From Parcubacteria group bacterium GW2011_GWD2_38_11 (GTDB lineage: Bacteria > Patescibacteriota > Minisyncoccia > Moranbacterales > GWC2-37-73): DNA of 51,532 bases. The DNA is taken from contig LBTZ01000002.1 in assembly GCA_000992325.1 (NCBI GenBank), positions 1 to 51,532 of the forward strand. Reading direction: 5' to 3'. Below are positions 38,320-48,769 of the stretch, one piece after another (positions within the stretch are counted from its first letter, which is position 1; the number at the start of each line of letters is the position of its first letter). Both the position numbers and the translations under genes were made by a program. The notes under the pieces were generated by a model. It made no database searches. It saw only the letters and a program-made list of their open reading frames with translations, and was not told where the DNA came from.

Positions 38320-39459
38320 TTATAGGTTATTTTTAAAAATTATACTCCAATCAAATTTTTTAATATAAGCGGTAGCATTCATGCGATATTCCTTCAAATT
38401 ATTTTCATCTTTCATTAATTGAATAACTGATTGAGAAATTTGATCCTTGTCATAAAAAATTATTTTACCACACTTATTATTTTCTATTTCCTTAGCATTA
38501 TGTGGTAAGTCAGTCAAAAGAATCGGCAATCCAGCTGATAAATAATCTTTTAGCTTTGTAGGATCAGCATAATAAGTAAAATTATCCTTTTTACTGTCAT
38601 ACATCGCTATCGCCAATGCACTATCTGCCATAATTTGGTCAAGCTCTTTTCTCTCCTTAATCCACCCAGCAAAGGTAACACTATTTTCAAGTCTCAATTC
38701 TGCAACTTTGTTTTTAAGAATATCCTCGTATTCTCCACCGCCTACAATCAGGAAATGAAAATCTGGGATTTCCTTGATTATATCCGGCATTGCATCTAGC
38801 ACCAACTGCACCCCCTGCTTTTCCAATAGATTGCCAACGAAAAGAAGCTGATGCTTTTTAATTTGTTCAAAAGGAAGTTTTTTTACTCTATCAAACCAAA
38901 CACCAATCGGAACCACTTTTTGATTGCAATACAAATCCATTTTTAATCCTCTGACGTTTTCCCTGCCTTCAGCGATTCGACATGAAACATTCCACACCTC
39001 ATCCGCATTTTTTACGCAAAATTTGTCTATCCAATGATAAAAATTATTAAGCGTTTTATTTGTAAAACGTTGAGGCACATAATCAATAGTGTAATAAACC
39101 ACCCTATTCACTCTTTTTATTTTTTTAATAAAAATTCCGATCAAAGCATTTAATGGATCTACACCAATCCACATATCAAATTTTTCCTTTTCAGAGAGAA
39201 ACCATTTAATACTTAAAAATATTTCCAAAAAATAATTCGCGATTTGCCTTCTCGATCGTATTTTTGTCTCATTTTTGCATATTATTTCACCATTCTTGAT
39301 TTTTTCACAATATGACTTTGTTTGGTCGATCTGAAGAGGGTGCGCAATAAATAACAGTCTATTAATCTTTTGATCAATCAGATATTCACGAAGCGCTTGT
39401 GGAGCCCCGTATACCAAGTAATGAGTAGCTATAACTATTCTACTTTTAGAAATGTCCAT
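38320..39459 (-). CDS. Glycosyltransferase family 4
   Basis: [22 protein letters not shown]. Confidence 0.85.
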   Translation of the reverse strand: MDISKSRIVIATHYLVYGAPQALREYLIDQKINRLLFIAHPLQIDQTKSYCEKIKNGEIICKNETKIRSRRQIANYFLEIFLSIKWFLSEKEKFDMWIGVDPLNALIGIFIKKIKRVNRVVYYTIDYVPQRFTNKTLNNFYHWIDKFCVKNADEVWNVSCRIAEGRENVRGLKMDLYCNQKVVPIGVWFDRVKKLPFEQIKKHQLLFVGNLLEKQGVQLVLDAMPDIIKEIPDFHFLIVGGGEYEDILKNKVAELRLENSVTFAGWIKERKELDQIMADSALAIAMYDSKKDNFTYYADPTKLKDYLSAGLPILLTDLPHNAKEIENNKCGKIIFYDKDQISQSVIQLMKDENNLKEYRMNATAYIKKFDWSIIFKNNL

Positions 39460-40492
39460 ATTTGCAAATTTCTTTCAAGATATCATCAATGTCGTATTTA
39501 AATTTCCATGCGGGATAATGCTCTTGAAATTTGGCAACGTCACTAATATACCAAATATGATCACCGATTCGATTGGTTTTTGAATATTTTATATTTGCCT
39601 TTTTACCGGTCAATTTTTCTATTTTTTCAATTGCCTCCATCATGGAAATATTCGAATGTCTACCGCCTCCCATATTATAAACCTCAGCAATTCGTGGTTT
39701 CTTATAAAAATGCCAAAAAGCATTCACCAAATCATATGAATGAATATTATCCCTAACCTGCTTCCCTTTATATCCGAATATATTATACTGCTTGCCAGTA
39801 GCTATACATTTTGCCAGATATGCCAAAAATCCATGCAGCTCTGCACCTGAATGATTTGGTCCGGTTAAACACCCTCCTCTAAAAATTGCAGTTTTAAGAT
39901 TAAAGTAACGACCGTATTCTTGAACCATAACATCTGCAGCTAATTTAGAAACACCAAATATACTATGCTTTGTTTGATCAATACTCATACTTTCATCAAT
40001 ACCCCTGTAAAATTGGTGTTTCTTATCAATTTCAAAACGCGTTTCCAATTCAACCAATGGCAACAAATTAGGAGTATCGCCATAAACTTTATTGGTGGAT
40101 GTGTAGATAAAAGATGCTTTGGGGCAATATTTTCTAAAATTTTCAAGCATGACCAACGTACCATTTGCATTAACAGAGAAATCAGTAAATGGTTCTTTTG
40201 CGGCCCAGTCATGTGATGGTTGAGCAGCAGCATGAATAATCAAATCAAATTTATTTTTTTTGAAAACCTTTTCAATAGCTGCATTATCTCGAATATCTAT
40301 TTTATAATGATGATATTTCGGAAGACTTTTTTTCAATTCACTCACACTCCATTTCGTGCTTGCATCTTGCCCAAAAAAATATGCTCTCATGTCGTTGTCA
40401 ATACCATGAACCTCAAATCCCTTTTTCGCAAAAAATCTTACTGATTCCGATCCAATCAATCCACCCGATCCCGTAATAAGTATTCTTTTCAT
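39446..40492 (-). CDS. NAD-dependent epimerase/dehydratase (CDP-paratose 2-epimerase-like)
   Basis: [35 protein letters not shown]. Confidence 0.85.
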   Translation of the reverse strand: MKRILITGSGGLIGSESVRFFAKKGFEVHGIDNDMRAYFFGQDASTKWSVSELKKSLPKYHHYKIDIRDNAAIEKVFKKNKFDLIIHAAAQPSHDWAAKEPFTDFSVNANGTLVMLENFRKYCPKASFIYTSTNKVYGDTPNLLPLVELETRFEIDKKHQFYRGIDESMSIDQTKHSIFGVSKLAADVMVQEYGRYFNLKTAIFRGGCLTGPNHSGAELHGFLAYLAKCIATGKQYNIFGYKGKQVRDNIHSYDLVNAFWHFYKKPRIAEVYNMGGGRHSNISMMEAIEKIEKLTGKKANIKYSKTNRIGDHIWYISDVAKFQEHYPAWKFKYDIDDILKEICKYGHF

Positions 40493-40497
40493 TTTAT

Positions 40498-41304
40498 TTA
40501 TCTTATTAAAAATTTAATTCCTACCAATCCCCTCAAAAAATACATTCCAAATGTTAAAAATGGATGCGCAAACATCTTTCCCCATTTTCCATCTTCCACA
40601 AAAACTCCCAGAAATCTGTAACATAACCCAAACTGCTTTTTCAAATCCTCATCATTTTTTCCCCATTTTTCAATATAGTCATCGAATTTCTTAGCGTAGT
40701 ACCCCTTTTTACTCAAATATTTCCCAAGCTCAAATTCTGCCTCATTATGATATATTGGAGTTTTTATAAGTTCCACCTTTCCAATACTGCGCAATTTCTT
40801 GTCCAAATCCCAGTCCTCTGGCCCAGTCAAATTCTCATCAAATCCACCAACTTGCTGAAAGGAGCTTTTTTTGATAAAACGCGCACAATCAATCACGGTT
40901 GCATCATAAAAACTTCTTTCAAATCTGCGAACCTTGCTGAAAAACTTGTCACCCATCACAATTTCGGAAACATATAATGCAACAATTTCTGAATTATTTG
41001 TCACTTTTTCCACGCAATCTCTGATAACATCTTGATGCAAAATCATGTCCGCATCAAGATACATGAAATATTCCCCGTCAGCCTTTTCCACTCCAAAATT
41101 TCTCTGCGCGCTTCTTTCCGGCCCTTTATCAAAAACTTTATCCGTATATTTCAATGATATCTCTTTGGTTTTATCATCAGACTCATTATCAACGACAATA
41201 ATTTCAATCAAATCTTGCGGATAAGATTGAGCCTTAATAGATTTGAGACAATTCTCAATATTTTTTTCCTCGTTTTTAGTTGTAATGATGACCGAAACTA
41301 ACAT
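40498..41304 (-). CDS. Glycosyltransferase family 2
   Basis: [26 protein letters not shown]. Confidence 0.9.
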   Translation of the reverse strand: MLVSVIITTKNEEKNIENCLKSIKAQSYPQDLIEIIVVDNESDDKTKEISLKYTDKVFDKGPERSAQRNFGVEKADGEYFMYLDADMILHQDVIRDCVEKVTNNSEIVALYVSEIVMGDKFFSKVRRFERSFYDATVIDCARFIKKSSFQQVGGFDENLTGPEDWDLDKKLRSIGKVELIKTPIYHNEAEFELGKYLSKKGYYAKKFDDYIEKWGKNDEDLKKQFGLCYRFLGVFVEDGKWGKMFAHPFLTFGMYFLRGLVGIKFLIR

Positions 41305-41312
41305 AGTTTGTA

Positions 41313-41822
41313 TTAGTTACTATATTTTAGAAATGGAGCATTTTTCCTCTCAATCAGGAATTTTTGATAATGCTGCGGTGTGACAATGAGTTTACTTTCG
41401 AAATTCTTACTTGCCCTGAAAATGATTGAATACGCTTTGACTGACATGCCATCATTCTGAAAGGTGTCGAAACACAAATGAAAAAACATACCCAGTGCAA
41501 GCGCAAATGAAACTGATTTCAAAACCAGTTGTTTTTTGACCAAAAAGGCCACTGCTAATAGGATGATAACATATTCCCACCCATGAAACAACATATATAT
41601 CTTCCCGCTTTGCAAAAATTGATAGCCATGAGAAAAATATCCCAAGTCAAACTTAAAGCCAAGTGCCAAGAAATAATCAATAAAATGATCCATATCAACC
41701 AACACTCCGCCAACAATCGCCGCCACAAAAGAGACTAGAGGGTTTTTCCATAGTCTCCAGGTGATAATGCCCGCAAGAATGCTCAGGGCAACATGAATGG
41801 ACAGATGCAGTGTTAAACTCAT
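41313..41822 (-). CDS. Membrane protein, putative metal-dependent hydrolase (YdjM-like)
   Basis: H..., DMDH, FHGWE, HLCFD; ATGA overlap with the upstream gene. Confidence 0.7.
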   Translation of the reverse strand: MSLTLHLSIHVALSILAGIITWRLWKNPLVSFVAAIVGGVLVDMDHFIDYFLALGFKFDLGYFSHGYQFLQSGKIYMLFHGWEYVIILLAVAFLVKKQLVLKSVSFALALGMFFHLCFDTFQNDGMSVKAYSIIFRASKNFESKLIVTPQHYQKFLIERKNAPFLKYSN

Positions 41823-43381
41823 AGTGATGTTGGTTTTTCCTTGTTGCTTTTCCCAAAATCCATCAGATGGCCCATCACCTTTAATCCAGCAACCCAAATA
41901 TATTTCACATCAGCAAAGGTTCGAATGGACAAGAGTTTTTTGATGATGAATTTTGGAGTTATGAATGATTTGTATAGGCTCTGCACAAGTTCCTTGGCAT
42001 CCTGAGATGAAAGTGGTGATTTCATGACCATTTCTCGTTGATCAAATCGCGAATATTCTCTGGTGACCAACAAATCATTTTCGTCGCAATCCTTATACAA
42101 AGGCGTGCCCGGATATGGAATTACGATCGTTCCCTGCAGTGTATCCACATAGCCCTTCTTGAAAAGATCCGCTGCCTTGTCGATGGTTTTTTGAGCCATC
42201 TCTTTTGTTTCCCAGGGATATCCGATCATGGTTGTGATATGGGGCTCCAATCCTGCCTCTTTGCACATCTTGAGACCGGGTTCAATCTCTTCCACTTTCA
42301 AATTCTTGCATATTTTGTCCAATGTTTCCTGATTTGCCGATTCCAATCCAAAAAGAATGAATCGAAAGCCTGCTCGCTTCATCAAGCGCCACACTCGCGG
42401 CTCTGAAATCCCGGTGATACGCATGTTGCAGCTCATCACAACTTTTTTGTTGTATCCGCGTTCAATCATGCCTTTGCAAAATTCTTCCAGCCATGGACCA
42501 ATTGGCAAACTTCCAGAATCTTCCATGATTTCCTTTACGCCAAGATCAATCAAGTTCCCCACCTCATCCAAAGCATTTTTTGCGCTGCGTGTTCTGAAAT
42601 GTTTTCCTGGAAAAAATGTTGTCCAGCTGCAAAAAGTGCATTTTCCCCACCAACAATCACGTCCGCTCATCATATATGTCCCAGGAGTGAACTTGAAATT
42701 TCCATTTTTATAGGCATAATCCTTCCATTTGGTGAGTTCGCGATCAATCATTGGCAAGGTGTCCAAGTCATGGTTTGAAAGATCCGATGGACCTGAATTA
42801 GTGATTGTCATTCCGGACTCCGATCCGGAATCTAGAGATTCCTGAACTAAATTCAAGGCAGGCTCCGAAACAAGCTCAGGATGACACTCGCTGGGCTGAC
42901 GGTACCAAAAACCTCCTTCAAGTTCGCTGTTTTTACTGAGATGATCAGCCAAGCTCAAAAGCATAAAGTCATAGTCGCCTGAAGCAATCACGAAATCAAC
43001 TTTTGACTTTTCCATTGTTTCCTCTGGCCTCGCGGTCACATGATCTCCCATCATCACCACCTTGGAATTAGGAAGTTTTTCTTTTAATTCACCCACGATT
43101 TTCCAATGCATTTCAACCACTGGAGTTTTGGTTTCAATCGCAATCAGATCAGGTTTCTGCTCAATGATATCTGCAAGCCATTGCTGATATGTTTTTTCCT
43201 CAGCAATTCCATCATCCCAAATAACTTCATATCCCTTTTCCTTGAGCAATGTGGCTGCATAGGCAGGAATCACGGGATAGATATATGTTGGGTTATTGAA
43301 CCACTGAAATTGTCTGTTCTGCGAGAGAAGAGCAATTCCCTTGTTTGATTCTAGCGGTGGATAAGAAATGGCTATTCGCAT
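41819..43381 (-). CDS. B12-binding-domain radical SAM protein
   Basis: N-terminal B12-binding-like domain, RDCWWGKCTFC, GLES, GYPWET, PYPGT. Confidence 0.88.
   Translation of the reverse strand: MRIAISYPPLESNKGIALLSQNRQFQWFNNPTYIYPVIPAYAATLLKEKGYEVIWDDGIAEEKTYQQWLADIIEQKPDLIAIETKTPVVEMHWKIVGELKEKLPNSKVVMMGDHVTARPEETMEKSKVDFVIASGDYDFMLLSLADHLSKNSELEGGFWYRQPSECHPELVSEPALNLVQESLDSGSESGMTITNSGPSDLSNHDLDTLPMIDRELTKWKDYAYKNGNFKFTPGTYMMSGRDCWWGKCTFCSWTTFFPGKHFRTRSAKNALDEVGNLIDLGVKEIMEDSGSLPIGPWLEEFCKGMIERGYNKKVVMSCNMRITGISEPRVWRLMKRAGFRFILFGLESANQETLDKICKNLKVEEIEPGLKMCKEAGLEPHITTMIGYPWETKEMAQKTIDKAADLFKKGYVDTLQGTIVIPYPGTPLYKDCDENDLLVTREYSRFDQREMVMKSPLSSQDAKELVQSLYKSFITPKFIIKKLLSIRTFADVKYIWVAGLKVMGHLMDFGKSNKEKPTSL
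42807..42885. repeat. In-frame compound GTCAT palindrome inside the radical SAM gene
   Basis: gtcattccgga...tccggaatct ... aacaagctcaggatgac, encodes CHPELVSEPALNLVQESLDSGSESGMT. Confidence 0.85.
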
Positions 43382-43397
43382 AATTTACTGTAATTGC

Positions 43398-43423
43398 AGA
43401 TCCTGAAACAAGTTCAGGATGAC
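43398..43423 (-). repeat. Intergenic GTCATCCTGA palindrome
   Basis: Minus strand gtcatcctgaacttgtttcaggatct. Confidence 0.8.
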
Positions 43424-43431
43424 AAGTATTA

Positions 43432-44409
43432 TTATCGTAATTTACTGATTAAATTTTTAGTGAAAACAAAACCTCTGATAAAATTTGCACCATACACCAA
43501 ATGCGTGAGAAATATGCAATAAAGAGCATTTGAGATTATGAGCAGATTTTTTTCATGCTTATGGATGTCATGGAAGGCCTTCATCATTGCTAAGCCATAT
43601 ACAGCCCATCCGATCAGATACAACAGCAAAATAAATTCACTATAAAAACTCAAAATTCCACCCAGAACCACGAACAATAAAAAGAAACTCGGTACAAAAT
43701 AAATCAGTTTAAAAGAATTCTCTGGATATCTTTTGGCGAAAAAACCTCGATGTAATCCATATCCACCAACCTGTTTCAGATGCTTGCCAAGCCCTGCTCT
43801 GCGATGATGGTACACGATCAACTGTGGATTATAAATGATACTTTTCGGATATTTTTTAATCAAATCCAAACAAAGTTTCGTGTCTTCTCCTGGCCAAAAG
43901 TCGCCATTAAAGCCTCCAATTTCGCCAAATTTTTCTTTTCTGATTGAAAAATTCACACTTGGCCAATCATCAACTGAACCTCTTTTGCCAACGGAGGCAT
44001 ATCGCTCAGGACATCCACCCGACAGCGCGCTCAAAAAAACCGCTCCACTCACCTTTTGCCAGAAGCTGTCACTGGGAGGTGTTAGTGCCGGTCCCCCCAC
44101 CGCAATGACCTTCTCATCAAGAAAGTCCTGTTCCAAAATATCCAAGAAATTAGTCTCTGGATATGCATCGTCATCAATAAAAACAAGGATTTCTCCCTGC
44201 GCATCCTCGATTGCCTTTGTTCTCTTAACCGCAGGACCACAATGTCCAGTGGCAATCTGTCTTGTCTTTGGCCAACCTTCTCCGGTTGCCTCATCAGGAT
44301 AAACAATAATCTCATAATCATCTCGTGGAATATTCAACACCATTGACACTGCCTCGCGGACATAATCATTGATTGCCTTAACTGGAATAATAAAACTGTA
44401 TTTAATCAT
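43432..44409 (-). CDS. Glycosyltransferase family 2 with C-terminal TM helices
   Basis: SFIIP, FIDDD, GGF..WPGED, HHRR. Confidence 0.88.
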   Translation of the reverse strand: MIKYSFIIPVKAINDYVREAVSMVLNIPRDDYEIIVYPDEATGEGWPKTRQIATGHCGPAVKRTKAIEDAQGEILVFIDDDAYPETNFLDILEQDFLDEKVIAVGGPALTPPSDSFWQKVSGAVFLSALSGGCPERYASVGKRGSVDDWPSVNFSIRKEKFGEIGGFNGDFWPGEDTKLCLDLIKKYPKSIIYNPQLIVYHHRRAGLGKHLKQVGGYGLHRGFFAKRYPENSFKLIYFVPSFFLLFVVLGGILSFYSEFILLLYLIGWAVYGLAMMKAFHDIHKHEKNLLIISNALYCIFLTHLVYGANFIRGFVFTKNLISKLR

Positions 44410-44420
44410 AGAGACTTATT

Positions 44421-45365
44421 TTATTTGTTTTTCCTGACCACATATATTGGTCTGTTTATAACCTCACCATGGATATTTGCAATATACAATGCCATGAGCC
44501 CAACTGACATCAAAATAATTCCAACCAAAAAGACCAGTAGAATGGCCAAATTTTCTGCATCTGAGAAAGTTGATGCGAAGGGTGTGCGGAAAAAGTATTT
44601 GCCCAGCAAAATGTAAAAACCTGCGCTGCCGGAAACCAAAGTGATCAAAGTTCCCAAATATCCCGCAATTTTTAGCGGTAATAAACTGAGCGAAATAAAA
44701 CTGTTCACTGCCAATCGAAAGAGCTTCCAGAAATTATAACTGGCCACTCCATGAATTCTTTCGTTAGCCTTGAATTCAACATATGCGCGCCGAAAACCCA
44801 ACCAATCAATTAATGCCCTGGTCATCCTATTTGCCTCAGTGAAGCGATTGAACTCATCAATCACGATCCTGTCTAGCAAGCGATAATCCGTGGCATTTGG
44901 CAAAACTTTTATTTCAGCGATTCTGTTGATTATCTTATAAAAAACAATTGAACCTATTTTCTTTATTAAACCTTCTCCGCTATTGATTTTTCTCACTCCA
45001 ACCACCACCTCAGCGCCTTCTTCCCATTTTTGGATAAATTCCGGGATAAGTTCCACTGGATGTTGGAGATCGGCATCAATCATGATGCATGCATCGCCCT
45101 GGCAATTGTGAATTCCAGCAGTGGTGGCCATTTCTTTTCCAAAATTACGTGAAAATTCAATATATCCTATATTTGGATATAAATCCTTCAATTTCTTGAT
45201 TTCTCTATCGCTTACATCCTCACTGCCATCATTCACGAAAATAATTTCAAAGTCATATTCAGACAGGGAAGAAATAACCCTTTGCACTTCAGCATGAAAC
45301 AAGGAAATGTTTTCTTCCTCATTATATACTGGACAAATAATTGAAATAAGTTTTTTTTGACTCAT
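44421..45365 (-). CDS. GT2 polyprenol-phosphate glycosyltransferase (GtrB-like)
   Basis: PVYNEE, SRNFGKE, DADLQHP, TDYRLLDR, WLGF, RPIYVV. Confidence 0.9.
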   Translation of the reverse strand: MSQKKLISIICPVYNEEENISLFHAEVQRVISSLSEYDFEIIFVNDGSEDVSDREIKKLKDLYPNIGYIEFSRNFGKEMATTAGIHNCQGDACIMIDADLQHPVELIPEFIQKWEEGAEVVVGVRKINSGEGLIKKIGSIVFYKIINRIAEIKVLPNATDYRLLDRIVIDEFNRFTEANRMTRALIDWLGFRRAYVEFKANERIHGVASYNFWKLFRLAVNSFISLSLLPLKIAGYLGTLITLVSGSAGFYILLGKYFFRTPFASTFSDAENLAILLVFLVGIILMSVGLMALYIANIHGEVINRPIYVVRKNK

Positions 45366-46633
45366 GTTTTTATTATTCTGGGATTATCGAAAAGTAGAAA
45401 TAAACCAGCCAAAATGGCAGCAATTTGCGCTATTGAGATTATGCCAACGATAGCCTTGATGCTTGTTCCAAAAAACAAAAGACTTATTAAAGCAATCATT
45501 GAAATTACTAGTAGTAAATATGAAATGCCAGTCTTATTGACTGAAAGTAAATATGAATAAAGCATATTTACAAAGGAATAAAACGTGACCATTATAGCAA
45601 ACCACACCAGATAACTGGCCACACTCGCGTACTTGTTGCCGAACAATAATGCCAATATCTGTCCAGGAATAATAGCATACACCCCAATAGCTGCCAAGCA
45701 AACGACCGCCATAAGCATTGAAGCATTTTTTAAAACTTTGCGTGAATTACTTTTTTTATGATGATCACCTGCTGACATTGAAAACAGCACACTACCAATC
45801 ACGCCAGTGGCAAAGAAAATTATCTTCGCCACAATTGTGAGCGCTCCGTATTGCCCAGCGGTCAGTGCATCAAGATTGTGCTTGGCGATAACCATATCGA
45901 TATTACCCATCATGCTGATTGCCAAAGATCCAAAAAAAACAGGCACGATATATTTTTTCATGGATGCATAATCGACAAGATTTTCATGTTTATCATGCCC
46001 ACATTCTTCCTTTTCATGCGTCAGAAATTTCAACATTCCCAACGAGGCAATATATGAGGCAACTGCCCCCAGCATGAAACTTCCCACGATTCCATTCAAG
46101 CCAAAGCTCAACTTAACAAGCACAATCATGCTGATAAGCTTGGCCACTGTGCCCCAGATTCCCAACATGCTCACATCTTTGAATTTTTGCCAACCATTCA
46201 ACATTCCACTGTTTACCGCCACCAAAAACGAAAAAAACATTGAAATCCAAATGATGACCAAGGGCACACTACTTTTGATATTCAAAAAATGACTAATCAT
46301 CGGGGAAGTGAAAAGAGCCAGCAAAAAAATCGGCAAGCCATAGGTGAAAACTTTTTTGTTTAGATATTTCAAAATCTCATAGCTTCCACTTTTATCATCA
46401 TCAGCTTTGCAATGAGCGGCATATTTCGTGGCAACCATCGCCAATGTCATAGCTGGAACTGAAATAATGTTCATGAGCGAGACAAGCGACTCAACTTCAC
46501 CATAAACCTGGACGCTGATCATCCTTCCAGCAATTAAATGAAAAGCGTAGTTGAGAACATTTCCAACCATGCTACCAGCAAACAAAATGGCACTATTTCT
46601 GGCAAAGGCATTATTTTTGATTCTTTGGATCAT
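45362..46633 (-). CDS. Oligosaccharide flippase (Wzx/MOP family)
   Basis: ~12 TM, N-terminal RNS..LF.G....N, AGQYGA. Confidence 0.8.
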   Translation of the reverse strand: MIQRIKNNAFARNSAILFAGSMVGNVLNYAFHLIAGRMISVQVYGEVESLVSLMNIISVPAMTLAMVATKYAAHCKADDDKSGSYEILKYLNKKVFTYGLPIFLLALFTSPMISHFLNIKSSVPLVIIWISMFFSFLVAVNSGMLNGWQKFKDVSMLGIWGTVAKLISMIVLVKLSFGLNGIVGSFMLGAVASYIASLGMLKFLTHEKEECGHDKHENLVDYASMKKYIVPVFFGSLAISMMGNIDMVIAKHNLDALTAGQYGALTIVAKIIFFATGVIGSVLFSMSAGDHHKKSNSRKVLKNASMLMAVVCLAAIGVYAIIPGQILALLFGNKYASVASYLVWFAIMVTFYSFVNMLYSYLLSVNKTGISYLLLVISMIALISLLFFGTSIKAIVGIISIAQIAAILAGLFLLFDNPRIIKT

Positions 46634-46681
46634 TTTGTTTTGACTATTCTTTTAAGAATTCTTTAGGAAGCTCAATATTTT

Positions 46682-47425
46682 TTAACCATTTGTATTAGAT
46701 GTTTGAAGATATTCCTTCAGCACAACCGAAGTCTCACCATATCCCCTTACCACACCACCATCAATCCAGACCACCCGGTCACAAAACTTTTCAATACTTT
46801 CATGATCATGTGAAATAAACAAAATTGTTTTTTGCCTTCTTATTTTTTTAAAATATGTGTAGCATTTTTGTTGAAAAGCTTCATCGCCCACTGCCAAAAC
46901 TTCATCAAGCAGCAAGATTTCCCTGTTTGCGTGGACTGCCACAGAAAAAGCCAAGCGCACTTGCATCCCAGAAGAATAGCGATTCAATTTTTGATCAACA
47001 AATCTTTCCAATTCTGCAAATTTCACAATTTCTGAAAATTTTGCATCAACTTCCTTTTTGGTCATTCCCAAAATTATTGCGTTGAGATATATGTTGTCGC
47101 GCCCAGAAAGTTCTGGATTAAAACCAATTCCCAATTCCAAAAAAGGCGAGATCATTCCATTGATCTCAATCTTTCCACCATCTGTCTGATATATCCCAGC
47201 CAGAATTTTCAATAGCGTGCTTTTCCCCGATCCGTTTTTTCCAACAATCCCAAAAAATTCTCCTTTTTTCACTTCAAAAGAAACGTCGTCAAGCGCTTTG
47301 AATTCCTCAAAACTTTTCTTTTTGAAAATATTCACCGCCATCCCACGCAAAGAAGACACCTTCTCGTGAGGAATTTTAAAGGTCTTACTGACGTTTTTTA
47401 CTGATATCGCAATGTTTTTTTCCAT
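46682..47425 (-). CDS. wzt: Polysaccharide ABC exporter ATP-binding subunit
   Basis: GKNGSGKS, GFNPELSGRDN, YSSGM, LDEVLAVGD. Confidence 0.9.
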   Translation of the reverse strand: MEKNIAISVKNVSKTFKIPHEKVSSLRGMAVNIFKKKSFEEFKALDDVSFEVKKGEFFGIVGKNGSGKSTLLKILAGIYQTDGGKIEINGMISPFLELGIGFNPELSGRDNIYLNAIILGMTKKEVDAKFSEIVKFAELERFVDQKLNRYSSGMQVRLAFSVAVHANREILLLDEVLAVGDEAFQQKCYTYFKKIRRQKTILFISHDHESIEKFCDRVVWIDGGVVRGYGETSVVLKEYLQTSNTNG

Positions 47426-47499
47426 CTAAATATTGTAACTCATTTTAAGTATATTTTCCACATTTCTTTTTCCGCAAAAGAAACCTGGAGGTTTGAAAG

Positions 47500-47680
47500 T
47501 CACCCAAAGGGTGATCAGCCTCTGGCTGAAAAACTCGCACCTGATGAAGATACTGTGGCAAAAACTTCGCTCTACGCTAAAATTTACACTGCGTGCCTTC
47601 GCTTGCTAGCGGGCACTACGTTTCAAAATTTCTTAACGCTCCATTCGTTGCAGATTTGTATCGGCGAATTTCTAGTGCGA
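47500..47680. other. Long structured non-coding element upstream of the glycan operon
   Basis: Nested complementary blocks tcgcac/gtgcga, gatac/gtatc, aaattt/aaattt, gtgcc/ggcac, plus hairpins tcaccc/gggtga and tcagcc/ggctga. Confidence 0.5.
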
Positions 47681-47722
47681 AACGGGATGCAAAATACAAT
47701 ACAAATGCCTTTTTACAAATTA

Positions 47723-47751
47723 ATTTTATCATTTTAAGGGCAAAAATGCAA
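47723..47751 (-). promoter_or_regulatory. Sigma70-type promoter for the glycan operon
   Basis: TTGCAT-17-(TG)TAAAAT on the minus strand. Confidence 0.5.
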
Positions 47752-47766
47752 TATTTTTAAGACAAA

Positions 47767-47798
47767 GAAAAAAGGAACCGATTATATCGATTCCTTTT
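47767..47798 (-). terminator. Intrinsic terminator
   Basis: Minus strand aaaaggaatcgat-ata-atcggttccttttttt. Confidence 0.65.
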
Positions 47799-47819
47799 AT
47801 TGAAACGCAAGAAAAAATT

Positions 47820-48299
47820 TCAGCAAGTCATCATCAAGATATCACTGATTCCCCTTGCCAGCACTGGGTTACCAATTTTATCCTTGGCAGCCAAATTCAG
47901 AAGCCTGAAAAGGTCGGTCCTGTTGAACTTGAGCATAAAACACTTAAGTCCGACAACCTCTTTTTCATCTGCACCCAGGAAAATTCTGGTTGAAACAGCC
48001 AGGAAATCTGACAGGCAAGAGATTTCAGGAAATGAAAGGGTTTTCAGTTCATACCTGTCATTCGTTTTCCCAAAAACCTTGTTGAGAATTTCAGAGAGCC
48101 TATCTCCAAGTTTCTGGCCCTCATCCCCCGTTGCAATTGCCGAAAAAATTTCATCCTGACTATTTGATGTTGCGGATTTGTCAGAACGATTCCCACCACT
48201 TACAACCTTCATCGTTGCATAATGCGGAGAATTGCGAAACCGACGGGACACCAACTCATTTTCGGTTGAAAAAACATCCAAAGATTTACTACTTTGCAT
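47820..48299 (-). CDS. Hypothetical protein
   Basis: 159 aa; SD AAGGAG, TTGACA-17-TATAAA promoter (48390-48418), terminator downstream. Confidence 0.65.
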   Translation of the reverse strand: MQSSKSLDVFSTENELVSRRFRNSPHYATMKVVSGGNRSDKSATSNSQDEIFSAIATGDEGQKLGDRLSEILNKVFGKTNDRYELKTLSFPEISCLSDFLAVSTRIFLGADEKEVVGLKCFMLKFNRTDLFRLLNLAAKDKIGNPVLARGISDILMMTC

Positions 48300-48434
48300 A
48301 AAAGCTCCTTTCGTCCTACTGGTTGGATTTGAACTGCTTTATATATCTACTCTATTGTTATGTTAAAACTACTAAATCACCATCCTACCTTTATACAGCA
48401 TTTTCAATATCCTGTCAAGCCCCCGTAATATCCC

Positions 48435-48493
48435 AATAGCTTGGAAACTTTTCTGGCATACTAATTAGTTATCAATTAACGTTCCAAGCTATT
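48435..48493. repeat. 12-bp perfect inverted repeat
   Basis: aatagcttggaa ... ttccaagctatt, 35-nt spacer. Confidence 0.6.
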
Positions 48494-48617
48494 AGTTAGA
48501 AGACCACCCCCTAGAAATACATCCATTTATAGAATGTAACATTTTTCACATAAACCCTTCCACAAACCCGACGCCATATCTTTTTAATTCAACATATATC
48601 TTCTCACCACCTTCCAA

Positions 48618-48667
48618 ACCAACATATACCAAAACCAGACGACCGCATAGTTTTGGTATATGTTGGT
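48618..48667. repeat. Palindromic repeat copy 1 (18-bp perfect stem)
   Basis: accaacatataccaaaac-cagacgaccgcata-gttttggtatatgttggt. Confidence 0.9.
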
Positions 48668-48769
48668 ATAACACAAGATTTCAACAAGAGTTCAAAAAGC
48701 AGATTATTTCACCTCAAAAAACCAGACTATTTTTGTATATAAAAAAATACCGAAAGTAACTTCTGTATT

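Noticed and set aside
47555..48159. Plus-strand ORFs 47555..47737 and 47800..48159
   Set aside because: GTG/TTG starts without RBS; the first overlaps the structured element, the second is antisense to an ORF that has promoter, SD and terminator.
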